Of a stretch of 32,000 nucleotides of DNA, positions 19,967 to 28,601 are shown piece by piece. How positions within the stretch are numbered: position 1 is the stretch's first letter; every line of letters begins with the position of its first letter. Source of the DNA: Formosa sp. Hel1_33_131 (lineage in GTDB: Bacteria; Bacteroidota; Bacteroidia; Flavobacteriales; Flavobacteriaceae); contig NZ_CP017260.1 of NCBI RefSeq assembly GCF_001735745.1, forward strand, positions 1,830,001 through 1,862,000, written 5' to 3'. A program made the position numbers and the translations under genes. The notes under the pieces are model-generated. The model was not told where the DNA came from and searched no databases. It saw only the letters and a program-made list of their open reading frames with translations.

Positions 19967-21817
19967 TTAAATACTGGCTACAAACTCCAAAAACACTTTT
20001 TTATGTAATTCTAAATCCATCGTAGGAGACAATGAAATACGTACAATATAATCTTTGTCACCTTCTTTTGTGGTGCCTTGGGTAGAGGTGGCGGGAATGG
20101 TCCAATAGCACCCTTGTAACTGTCCATAACTCACACAAAATTTACTTTCGTTTGGGATTTTGCTAATCATTAAATTAATTAATTTAAGATTTAAACCTCT
20201 CTTGTTCGTTTCTCTTTCTGCACTAGTAGTCCCTTTGGTGGGGAGGTCTAGTGAAAACACAGAAGGGGTAAAGCCTTGCGCTGCCAAATCTTCAGACACA
20301 AAATTGATTTTTGCACTTGGTAAAGTCTCTTTTATGAAGTTGACAAAGTCTCGCGTGTTTTTATAGGCGTCCTGAATGCGTTGATTCATGGACGGCAATT
20401 GGGAGGCCAAAATTTTATATTGAAGTGCTGTTGCTTCGTTATCACAAAGTTGGAGGTGCAACTCAATCTTGCCCATCAAGGCTTCGGATTTTTTATTGCC
20501 AACAACGTAGCCCGCCGTACATTTTCCACCACTCGGAAATTTGGACCCACTGGCATACGATAGGGTACGAACGGAAGAAAGCAAGTCATCCGCTCCTAAA
20601 AAGAGAACGTTTGGACAAAAAGTTTGGTCTAAAATAAACACAGGATCGATTGCAATGTCGCCTGTTTTGGTTTTACGGACGGTACTTAATGCATTTTTTA
20701 ATTGTATCAAATCAGGCACTTCCACTCTGGGGTTGGTAGGAATTTCTGCAATGATGTAAGGGATGGCGTCTTCGCTCGCAATTTTAGCTAAGATGGTTTC
20801 AATACTTTGTACCATTTCGTTGTCGCCATCTACGGGTAAATCGACCACTTCCACATTTTCAATACAGGCCGCCACGCGTCGTGCTTGGTCATTAGTACCA
20901 CCATAACAGTTGGGAGGTACAATAAATTTGATCGCTTTTTTGGGATGCTTTTCTTGAGCATGGTGAATGAGCCCCATCATAATCGCGTATTGAACGGAAA
21001 GTCCACTAGAGCCCACAAGGGGTTTTGTAGGACTGTGGGTAATGGTTGTAATGCTTTCTAAAACCTGTGCTTTGCTGGTTTTTAGAGTGCTATTTGTTTC
21101 ATCTGAAGTAGATCCCACTAGAGTCGATAATGCTGTCAAGCAATTGACGGGTGTCATGGCGATGGTTTCTCTTCGTCGTACATGCTGAATGTCGGATATG
21201 TAGCCTTTATTTTGGTTTCCATTTACGAGTAACACACTTCCAAGCGCTGCACTGGTTTGGAGGTAAAAATCGATGTTTGGAGAATGCTCCACCTTCCAAA
21301 GTTCTTTTTGTTGTGAGATAAAAACAGTGCTGCCTTCAAATTCAGATACGACTGTTGCATTTTCAACTTGTTTTAATTCAAATTTATAGCCATAGACACG
21401 TTTTAAGACTTCGGCATCAAAAGTGGCTGGCAACTCCCCTGTATAAACAATTTGGGTGTTTTTATGGGCTAATAAATTAGTTCTTAAAATTGCCAAAACA
21501 GGAACGGTCTGTGATGAAAAACTGATAACGTTTTCTGGGTTGAGTTGATTTAAATTGGCAATGGTCCATTCCAATACACAGGACAAAGGATGTCCTAGTC
21601 GGATGTAGTCGTAAGCGGTGGGCAAGGATTGGAGTGCCGATGGATCAGAATTATGAGTTTTATACAAGGTTTCAAACTGTTCTAAAAACTGAGTTTTGGC
21701 ACCTTTTTCATCGTAAATATCCAGTCGATGGGTGGTTAGATTCAACCAATCGATTGGTAAATTTTCTAAGACTTCTTTTAGATAGTTTAGCATTTTATTC
21801 CCTTCCATAATTTTCAT
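19967..21817 (-). CDS. Cys/Met-metabolism-type PLP-dependent enzyme (cystathionine gamma-synthase/lyase superfamily) with a long N-terminal extension
   Basis: Three features fit the fold-type I Cys/Met PLP family: IAEIPTNPRVEVPDL (compare ETPTNP), a candidate PLP lysine in ASGSKFPSGG, and GSSGLSVQYAIMMGL (compare SSGMAA). The start is uncertain: the ORF-track start at 21835 is a TTG, and in-frame ATGs occur at 21817, 21808 and 21793. Confidence 0.7.
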   Translation of the reverse strand: MKIMEGNKMLNYLKEVLENLPIDWLNLTTHRLDIYDEKGAKTQFLEQFETLYKTHNSDPSALQSLPTAYDYIRLGHPLSCVLEWTIANLNQLNPENVISFSSQTVPVLAILRTNLLAHKNTQIVYTGELPATFDAEVLKRVYGYKFELKQVENATVVSEFEGSTVFISQQKELWKVEHSPNIDFYLQTSAALGSVLLVNGNQNKGYISDIQHVRRRETIAMTPVNCLTALSTLVGSTSDETNSTLKTSKAQVLESITTITHSPTKPLVGSSGLSVQYAIMMGLIHHAQEKHPKKAIKFIVPPNCYGGTNDQARRVAACIENVEVVDLPVDGDNEMVQSIETILAKIASEDAIPYIIAEIPTNPRVEVPDLIQLKNALSTVRKTKTGDIAIDPVFILDQTFCPNVLFLGADDLLSSVRTLSYASGSKFPSGGKCTAGYVVGNKKSEALMGKIELHLQLCDNEATALQYKILASQLPSMNQRIQDAYKNTRDFVNFIKETLPSAKINFVSEDLAAQGFTPSVFSLDLPTKGTTSAERETNKRGLNLKLINLMISKIPNESKFCVSYGQLQGCYWTIPATSTQGTTKEGDKDYIVRISLSPTMDLELHKKVFLEFVASI

Positions 21818-21910
21818 CTTCAAATAGAGTAGCAAGATACATCAATCCGATTTATTTTTGAAAGGGTTCTCATGAAATCTCTAAACGATATCTAGCTGTT
21901 TCTGTAATAC

Positions 21911-21941
21911 AAAAAACCCCAAAGCTGTTGTAGCAATGGGG
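21911..21941 (-). terminator. Rho-independent terminator downstream of the 344-aa / 320-aa gene pair
   Basis: Minus strand: AAGCCCCA-ttgctacaacagct-TTGGGG followed by TTTTTTG. Confidence 0.65.
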
Positions 21942-21946
21942 CTTGG

Positions 21947-21993
21947 TTTTGTTTTTAAATCAGAAAGAACCCTATTCTTTCGGGATGTGTTTT
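21947..21993. repeat. Direct repeat DR-A (47 nt), a copy of the 3' end of the 344-aa gene
   Basis: TTTTGTTTTTAAATCAGAAAGAACCCTATTCTTTCGGGATGTGTTTT matches 23031-23077 with 3 substitutions and 2 single-nt indels in my hand alignment. The minus strand reads AAA CAC ATC CCG AAA GAA TAG = KHIPKE*. It contains the hairpin GAAAGAA-ccta-TTCTTTC-like stem. Confidence 0.8.
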
Positions 21994-22017
21994 AGAGTGT
22001 TTTTTATTTTGGCATCT

Positions 22018-22980
22018 TTAATACTCTATTCGTTTAATCATATCTTCTATTTTATTTGATTCTATATTCTTTGTCAAGCCCAATTCTCTAACTTCTTTTG
22101 TCCATTTTTTTTCGTAATCTCTTCTCGCTTTGGCATTAGTAATTGGGCGATAGTAGGGTCTTGTGTCAAATGCTGATATCAAAAGTCTATTGACTTCCTC
22201 AACATTCATTTTCGGCTTTATTGGATGACTCTGCCTTTTTTCAAGACTTAATAATATGTTTTTTTGAATTTTAGGGTCTTTAGTTTCTTCTTCTTCCCTA
22301 ACGGAGTTTAGTATTAAGAATTTTACTGGACTGGACTCGAGTTGAAATGCCATCAGTCTACAATGTCCATCAAGCACTACATATCCATCAATACAACTTA
22401 AATACCAGATAAGTACAGGGGGGCAGGAGTTTTCACGTAAGAGTTTACGGAACCATTTTACTCTTCCATTATCTGTCCTTGGTTTTTCTTTTAAAGCGAT
22501 AAGACTTCCACCTCTTCCAAAATCCCATTCCACCCATCTTGGGTTTTCTCTATCAAACACAGTATCACTGTTATTAATAAATTCTGAAGCGTTTTCTGTT
22601 TTGTTCTCTAACGAAGATCCTATTGTTATAGTCCACAGGCCTTTTGATAAAAAGCCAGATTTTTCACTACTCAATTCTTTTGTAAAAAATCGAGCCCAAT
22701 ATTTATAATACATTGATTTTTTTGATTTCTCAACGTTTGGAGCGTTTATTGGACTCACCGGCATATCACTTAATTCCCAATCCATTTTATTATTTAGAAC
22801 CCATACTCCCCAATATTCTGAACCAAAAGTACCCCACAAAATTGCTTGCTTTTGGTTGTATAATTTGAATCGACAGTTAATACCAGACTCTAGTTGGAAT
22901 TTAGGAAAAATGTCTTCATTACCATCAACTCTCATTCCAGACCATTCATCAGAATCGTTTAATATATCTATCCAATTCAT
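22018..22980 (-). CDS. ParB/Srx-fold (ParB-like nuclease domain) protein with an unrecognised N-terminal domain
   Basis: 320-aa ORF with an ATG start. The C-terminal half carries CPPVLIWYLSCIDGYVVLDGHCRLMAFQLESSPVKFLIL, which matches the P(V/I)...DGHHR..A core of ParB/sulfiredoxin-like domains. The N-terminal ~170 aa are Trp-rich and not recognised. Confidence 0.6.
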   Translation of the reverse strand: MNWIDILNDSDEWSGMRVDGNEDIFPKFQLESGINCRFKLYNQKQAILWGTFGSEYWGVWVLNNKMDWELSDMPVSPINAPNVEKSKKSMYYKYWARFFTKELSSEKSGFLSKGLWTITIGSSLENKTENASEFINNSDTVFDRENPRWVEWDFGRGGSLIALKEKPRTDNGRVKWFRKLLRENSCPPVLIWYLSCIDGYVVLDGHCRLMAFQLESSPVKFLILNSVREEEETKDPKIQKNILLSLEKRQSHPIKPKMNVEEVNRLLISAFDTRPYYRPITNAKARRDYEKKWTKEVRELGLTKNIESNKIEDMIKRIEY

Positions 22981-23030
22981 TTTTTAATTTTATAGTTTCG
23001 TATCAAGCCAGCCTCATGTAAATAGGAGTG

Positions 23031-23077
23031 TTGTTTTTTAAATCAGAAATAATCCCTATTCCTTCGGAATGTGTTTT
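23031..23077. repeat. Direct repeat DR-B (47 nt), covering the true 3' end of the 344-aa gene plus 25 nt downstream
   Basis: TTGTTTTTTAAATCAGAAATAATCCCTATTCCTTCGGAATGTGTTTT. The minus strand reads AAA CAC ATT CCG AAG GAA TAG = KHIPKE*, the actual C-terminus of CDS 23056..24090. Confidence 0.8.
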
Positions 23078-24090
23078 GCTAAAAACCGGGAGTTAGCATC
23101 GTTTAGTCCGTTAATTAATTTACTTCGTTTGCCGTTCAATTTATTGTTTGTCGCATTGTAATTTTTTACACCTTTGTTTACTTCTTTAACTTTACTATTG
23201 AAAGCATTTACTTGTTTTTTGGTTCTTTTTCTTTGAGGTGTTTTGTCGAAGGTGTTTTTAATGCTCTCAAAATCTTCATTCAGAATGATGAAATCTGTGA
23301 TTTCAGTAATTTCATTTTCGGTCTCCTCAATATAAAACTCAAACAGTTTTTGTGTGATTTTAATAAGCGAAGCATCGTTTTTATACAGCTCAACAGGTTT
23401 TAAAATTTCCAGTCCTTCCTTTGCTAATTGATTTAACGCATTCGAATTTTGCTGAATTGCGTTTACATCGTTGGTTTGTATGGCATCCATCAAGTGGGAT
23501 TCATTGATACTCACTTTAAAAAAGATGAGATACATTTCTTTGTAATGCTTAAAAACCTCATTCGAAATCTTCATTTTTTTACTTAAATCCGATTCACTTT
23601 CAATAATTTCAATGTTGTTTTTAGCTGCAAACGCATAGTAATCTATTTCGTATTCCATTTGTGACTCTTCCATTTTTTTATCGGCTAATTCCTGTGCTAA
23701 AAAATACGCTTCCATATAATCGTAGGATTGCTCAGAAACGGCTTTCATGTCAATAATTTTAGCATATTCATTTTTCAATAAACTTCTGTTCAATTTCAAA
23801 TGATCCAATACTTTGGTTTTAAATCCGTTTCCTCCAAACCCTTTTGCCTTGCTAATTTTTAAAATGGCTTTGTCAACAGTTTTTATAAGGGCACTTCTCC
23901 GTCTGTCAATCGTTCGATCACTTTTGCTGTGTGCCATGGCTTTGGTGTAACTCCACATGCTTTTTGTGATTTTTAACTGGTTGTCACTCACAAAATTTAG
24001 ATACTCTAAAGCCGTTTTATGGGATTGCGCATGGAGTGCTGTCATTTGGATGAGTAGGAATACTGAGAGTGCAATTTTTAAATGTTTCAT
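23056..24090 (-). CDS. Secreted all-alpha protein, family not recognised
   Basis: 344-aa ORF with a signal peptide (LLIQMTALHAQ). It is Lys/Glu/Asn-rich and helical in character. It begins 4 nt after the S41 peptidase stop, so the two are probably co-transcribed. Confidence 0.65.
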   Translation of the reverse strand: MKHLKIALSVFLLIQMTALHAQSHKTALEYLNFVSDNQLKITKSMWSYTKAMAHSKSDRTIDRRRSALIKTVDKAILKISKAKGFGGNGFKTKVLDHLKLNRSLLKNEYAKIIDMKAVSEQSYDYMEAYFLAQELADKKMEESQMEYEIDYYAFAAKNNIEIIESESDLSKKMKISNEVFKHYKEMYLIFFKVSINESHLMDAIQTNDVNAIQQNSNALNQLAKEGLEILKPVELYKNDASLIKITQKLFEFYIEETENEITEITDFIILNEDFESIKNTFDKTPQRKRTKKQVNAFNSKVKEVNKGVKNYNATNNKLNGKRSKLINGLNDANSRFLAKHIPKE

Positions 24091-24094
24091 ATTG

Positions 24095-26143
24095 TTAGTT
24101 GTTTAAGGGGTCTGTAAGTATGTTTGTGGCTTCTTTGATGTAGAAGTCGGTAGCGATTTCGTCTAAAATAAGAGTGTTGTGAGTGCTGTCCTCTTCATTA
24201 AATTGAATAATTTGTTGGGTAGATTTGGAGTTGGTGACTGCTAAAGTATCTGTTTTTTCTAGTTTGTTAAAAGTCATTTCTAAGTCTTCCCAGCCTCTAA
24301 CAAGTTTGTCATTATGATTATAAACACCTTCTATATTTAAGCTGAAAGAAGTGTTTTTATGAAGGTTATTTTTTAAATAAAAGGCATTCATTTTTTTCAA
24401 AAACTGGAGTCCTTCAGAAGCGATTACTCTGTTTTGAGCGTTGGCTAAAATGGTGTCTTTATTTTTAAATTCTAGCGGTCGATGTTTTAAAGAAAAAGGA
24501 ATGGAATCGGTTTTTAGAGTGTGGGGACTGTACTGTTCTCCAATTTCAAAATCGTCATAAAACGAAGGGAATATAACATCTGGTACCACTCCCGTAGATT
24601 GATGACTTTTGCCAGATACTCTATAAAACTTCTCGATTGTTACTTTGGTGTAACCCAGTGCTTCGTCATTCTCACTTATGGGGAGAATAACTTGCCCCGT
24701 TGCTTTGCCAAAGGAGTTGGTGCCCACAATAATGGCTCGGTTATAATCCTGCATCGCTGCCGCAAATAACTCGGAAGCAGAGGCGCTGAAACTGTTTACA
24801 ATCACGACGATTGGTTTTGTAAAAATGCTTCCTCTGTTAAAATCTTTTACAGTTTCTGCATCCGTTGCTTTTTGTTTTAGAATTGTAATGGGGCCTCTAT
24901 CAATAAACATTCCAACCAAATCTAAGGCCTCACCAATGGATCCTCCACCGTTAAATCGCAAGTCTAAAATTAGACCTTTAATGTGTTCTTTTTTTAATTT
25001 ATAGATTTCTTTAGCGACATCATTTGCAAGTCCTTGTTTGTTGGTAGATTCAAAACTTGTATAAAAACTTGAGATTTTTACATACCCGAATTCATTATTG
25101 ATTACAAATCCACGCACTGAATTTTCTTCCACTTTAGACACTGTTTTAGTCAGCTTTATATCTAGAATTTTCCCACTGTTCTTTTTAACCTTAAAAACAA
25201 TGGTTTCGTGCTCACTTATGAATCCTGTAATATGTTCGTTTGAAACACAATTTAGATCCAGCGTTTCTTTTTTAGAGGATAAACCTAAGACAATATCATT
25301 GGCCTCCATTCTTTGGTCTAAAAACGCAGCACCTCCAGGTTGAATGTAAGCCACAATAATATCCCCTTTTTCGTTTTTGTCGGTTACAATTCCAAAGGAT
25401 AGACTGTTACTAGAGAGCGAATTTACAAAGCTCTCTTTTTCGGAATAATTAAAAAAAGACGAATTCGGGTCTTGGTATTGAGTGATGGAATTCAAAAACC
25501 GTTCCTTGGTGAGCAGATCAATATCTTGACTTAAAAGGTCTTCTAAAAGACAGATTTCTTTTGTAATAATAGCATCCTTAATTTGAGGTTCAAATTCAGA
25601 GAAATTAGCTTTCAAATACGTCAAGGTCGAGTCTTTCTCATAGATTTTATTTAGGATGTTTAAACGAATTTTTTTAGTCCAAAATTTATCTAATCTTTTG
25701 CTGTTTTTAGCGTAAGTGTATTCTTTATCACGACGGTAAGAGATGCTGTCTAAAGATTCGTAGTCTAGCTTTTCTGTTTTTAGTTCTGATAAAAATGTAA
25801 TTCTACTTTGTATTTTAGTCTTTAAAACAGTACTGTACCTATCAATAAATGAACAGTTGTTTTGATTTATAAAATCATCTAAACTGTCTTTTTCTGTATT
25901 GAAAGTTTCAATGTCCTTTTTTGTGAATATAACTTTCTCGTAGTCTAAAGACGTGATAAATAACTCAAAAACGCCTCTTGAGAAATCATCATCAATGGGT
26001 TTAGCGTTGTAATGATTTTCTTCTAAAGTGGTATTTAGAGCCGCGATTTGCTCACAAAAACGAGGTTCTTGCTGACAGGATAGAGTTTGTATTGCGAGTA
26101 CACAAATCGTAAGGGAGGTCAGTAGGGATTGGGGTTTGTTCAT
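24095..26143 (-). CDS. S41-family C-terminal processing (tail-specific) peptidase
   Basis: LILDLRFNGGGS and VNSFSASASELFAAAMQDYNRAIIVGTNSFGKATGQ (catalytic Ser/Lys region), with a PDZ-like segment upstream and a signal peptide. Confidence 0.85.
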   Translation of the reverse strand: MNKPQSLLTSLTICVLAIQTLSCQQEPRFCEQIAALNTTLEENHYNAKPIDDDFSRGVFELFITSLDYEKVIFTKKDIETFNTEKDSLDDFINQNNCSFIDRYSTVLKTKIQSRITFLSELKTEKLDYESLDSISYRRDKEYTYAKNSKRLDKFWTKKIRLNILNKIYEKDSTLTYLKANFSEFEPQIKDAIITKEICLLEDLLSQDIDLLTKERFLNSITQYQDPNSSFFNYSEKESFVNSLSSNSLSFGIVTDKNEKGDIIVAYIQPGGAAFLDQRMEANDIVLGLSSKKETLDLNCVSNEHITGFISEHETIVFKVKKNSGKILDIKLTKTVSKVEENSVRGFVINNEFGYVKISSFYTSFESTNKQGLANDVAKEIYKLKKEHIKGLILDLRFNGGGSIGEALDLVGMFIDRGPITILKQKATDAETVKDFNRGSIFTKPIVVIVNSFSASASELFAAAMQDYNRAIIVGTNSFGKATGQVILPISENDEALGYTKVTIEKFYRVSGKSHQSTGVVPDVIFPSFYDDFEIGEQYSPHTLKTDSIPFSLKHRPLEFKNKDTILANAQNRVIASEGLQFLKKMNAFYLKNNLHKNTSFSLNIEGVYNHNDKLVRGWEDLEMTFNKLEKTDTLAVTNSKSTQQIIQFNEEDSTHNTLILDEIATDFYIKEATNILTDPLNN

Positions 26144-26290
26144 TTTTTAAATGTTAGGGACACATATATTAAACCAAGACCCATTCACAGAAGTGTATAT
26201 TATTTAAGTAAACAGATTAGTGTGAAGAAAAACGTTTGGGGCTTCGCTTCGTGAGTACGAATGTATGAAAAATAGGAATTGCTCCTACAA

Positions 26291-27268
26291 TTAGAACCTA
26301 ATATTCACACCTACCAAGGTATAGTTTCCAATTTTTGAAAAGTTATAATTGAAGTCATAAGCCGTTCGTTTTTCACCAAAAGTGGTGGTTCGGCTGTCGT
26401 GTTTTTTGATGCGTCTGTTGGCGGTAGTTTTCCCGATGACATAGCCTATCAATACAGCAATTGGATAATCGGATGCCCAATGTACTTTGCTGCTCATCAT
26501 CTGAAATGCTAGGGCGGTCATCAGTGTGTATCCAACAGGTTTAATCCATTTTATTTCTGGGTAGTTTTGAGTCAAGACGGTAAAAGTAGCCATAAAAGTA
26601 GCCACGTGCCCTGAGGGCATCGCATCATAAATGGGCGTATTTGATTGGTATTCACTAAAACTAGGAAACGGTCTCCAGTTTCCGCCATTAACCCCACTGA
26701 TCTCCGCTGTGTTTGGGGTTTCTCTCCCCGAAATACGTTTGATGGTTTGGGTCAAAACCCCCACGGATAATAGGGACTCTACGATTTGACTGGCAGTGCT
26801 CACAGCCCTGTAATCTTTGTTTATTTTTCCGAAAGCATACAAGCCACCGCCGATCAATAGTGAAAAGCCGCCATTGCCAACATAGTAAACCGCTGTATTG
26901 ATATCCTTCGGAAAGAGCCTCACTCCAGAAGCTTTCACATAAGACCCGTCGCCAACCCAACCTATTTTTTCACCCAATTCGGTGGAGTTTTCAATGATCT
27001 TTTGATCTAACGGAAGCAGCACTAAGGTGCTTCCTACCGCAGCCCCGACTTGTAATAAGTTTTCACTTTGTATGGTGTATTTTCCAAATTGGTAAACATT
27101 ATCAGGAATGTTTTTAAACATTTCAAAAAAGGTGGTTTTTGAATATTCAAATTGTAAGTTTTCATTTATCGTGTACATACTTTTGTAGGAAAGACTGTCT
27201 TTTTGTTGTCCTCGCACGCTAGAGAATACAACACACATCAACATTAGAATTTTCATTTTCAATTTCAT
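26291..27268 (-). CDS. PAP2-superfamily phosphatase-like protein (divergent) with a beta-barrel-like C-terminal tail
   Basis: KRISGRETPN, PSGHVATF and SKVHWASDYPIAVLIG correspond to PAP2 motifs KxxxxxxRP / PSGH / SRxxxxxHxxxD in degenerate form. It has a signal peptide, and the C-terminus ...YTLVGVNIRF ends in Phe as OM beta-barrels do. Confidence 0.6.
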   Translation of the reverse strand: MKLKMKILMLMCVVFSSVRGQQKDSLSYKSMYTINENLQFEYSKTTFFEMFKNIPDNVYQFGKYTIQSENLLQVGAAVGSTLVLLPLDQKIIENSTELGEKIGWVGDGSYVKASGVRLFPKDINTAVYYVGNGGFSLLIGGGLYAFGKINKDYRAVSTASQIVESLLSVGVLTQTIKRISGRETPNTAEISGVNGGNWRPFPSFSEYQSNTPIYDAMPSGHVATFMATFTVLTQNYPEIKWIKPVGYTLMTALAFQMMSSKVHWASDYPIAVLIGYVIGKTTANRRIKKHDSRTTTFGEKRTAYDFNYNFSKIGNYTLVGVNIRF

Positions 27269-27305
27269 GTACTAAATTTTAGATTTAAAAATGGTTTTTT
27301 TGTTT

Positions 27306-28055
27306 TCAGAAGGACATGGAAAAACCAATACCATATTCCTTCCCGTTGTAGAATGGCATCACGATTCCATCCCTGTCTTTTTTATCCTTAAAAAACGTTC
27401 TTTTCATAAACGGGTACATCCAATAGGCAACTTTGGTGCTTATAATTCCAAAGCCTGCTCCGGCAACCACGTCCGTAAACCAATGCCTGTTATTATAAAT
27501 TCTTAAATAGGCAACACCAGAAGCCACCAAATATCCTGAAACGCCATACCAGATAGAAACATCTTTATATTCCTGATATAAAAATTCGGCGCCCATAAAA
27601 GCGGTGGCAGTATGCCCGGAAGGAAAGGAGGTGATGTTGGAGTCATCGGGCCGATTCACTTGTGTTAGTTTTTTCATTCCGAAAACAGTTGTTCCCATAA
27701 TTATAAAGGCAGTTCCTAAAATGATGGTTCGATCTTTTAAATTATGTTTGCCTTTAATTCCGAGGGCATTTAAACCATAAACAGAAAGGGCAGGGGTGTA
27801 CTGAACCATATCGCCCACCGAAAATTCTTCATTTACATGGCCATTTAATTCTTTTTTTATCTCAGAATTAAAGTTTTTGATCCCCTTATTTTCAAGTCCT
27901 ATGACCCCATATCCAATGAGAGCGGTTGGGATAATGAGGGATTTATAATTAAACTTTGGGATCTGCTTTTTTGAGAGTGTATCGGTTTCTTTACTCTGTC
28001 CAAAGAGGGAAGTTGTGAGTAGGCTCACAATAATGAGTGCTTTAATTCTATTCAT
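27306..28055 (-). CDS. PAP2-family phosphatase
   Basis: KKLTQVNRPDD, FPSGHTATAF and LRIYNNRHWFTDVVAGAGFG match the three PAP2 acid-phosphatase motifs. A signal peptide is present. Confidence 0.8.
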   Translation of the reverse strand: MNRIKALIIVSLLTTSLFGQSKETDTLSKKQIPKFNYKSLIIPTALIGYGVIGLENKGIKNFNSEIKKELNGHVNEEFSVGDMVQYTPALSVYGLNALGIKGKHNLKDRTIILGTAFIIMGTTVFGMKKLTQVNRPDDSNITSFPSGHTATAFMGAEFLYQEYKDVSIWYGVSGYLVASGVAYLRIYNNRHWFTDVVAGAGFGIISTKVAYWMYPFMKRTFFKDKKDRDGIVMPFYNGKEYGIGFSMSF

Positions 28056-28147
28056 TTTTCGATTTGATTAGTCGCAGCGGGGGATGACGCTGGGGTATAT
28101 TTAGGCGTAAATTATCTATTGGTGTGTTTCTAGTCTCTAAATTTTAT

Positions 28148-28576
28148 TTAACATATGTACTTAAAAAGAAATTTCTTTTCAATAGCATCATACTTCACTC
28201 TCACCATAACAGTCCAAGAATTTAAGAAGCCATCTTTTTCATTTCGTTCAGTGTAATTGAATACGATAGCCACAGTACCACTATATATCGTATAATTGGG
28301 GTCTAAAGGTGCATATCCAAAAGCTGCTGCAAACCTCGATAATTCTTTAGTCCCTGCAATGTTTTTTGGGATGACTAATAATTTGTCTTGATGATAGACT
28401 TCATAAAAATTTCGTTTACCAACAGGAAAACGGTTTTCCGTCACATAATATATCTTCCAACCATAGATTGGGTCTTCAAATAATAACTTCTTGGATTTAT
28501 AATTACCCATACTCGTTAGTGCAAGCATGATGAAGGCAAATACTCCGATAAAAATTAGGCTTATTTTATTTTTCAA
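28148..28576 (-). CDS. Small membrane-anchored protein, family not recognised
   Basis: 142-aa ORF with an ATG start and a single N-terminal TM helix (LIFIGVFAFIMLALT). No motif recognised. Confidence 0.5.
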   Translation of the reverse strand: MKNKISLIFIGVFAFIMLALTSMGNYKSKKLLFEDPIYGWKIYYVTENRFPVGKRNFYEVYHQDKLLVIPKNIAGTKELSRFAAAFGYAPLDPNYTIYSGTVAIVFNYTERNEKDGFLNSWTVMVRVKYDAIEKKFLFKYIC

Positions 28577-28601
28577 ATGTTATTTGTTTAGATGAGAAGG
28601 G

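Noticed and set aside
20160-20759. Four plus-strand ORFs (20160..20366, 20381..20563, 20425..20637, 20541..20759) antisense to the PLP-enzyme gene
   Set aside because: They overlap one another in different frames and are nested in a CDS with recognisable PLP-family motifs. They are most likely shadow ORFs.
19938-21941. Shared octamer CTACAACA in the loops of the two minus-strand terminator hairpins (19947-19964 and 21917-21941)
   Set aside because: The match is only 8 nt in AT-rich DNA with different stems. There is insufficient evidence for a common element, so it is probably coincidence.
26688-27506. ORFs 26688..26960 (same strand, other frame) and 27291..27506 (antisense) overlapping the PAP2 genes
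   Set aside because: They are nested in CDSs that carry recognisable PAP2 motifs, and their products have atypical Trp/Arg/Cys-rich composition.
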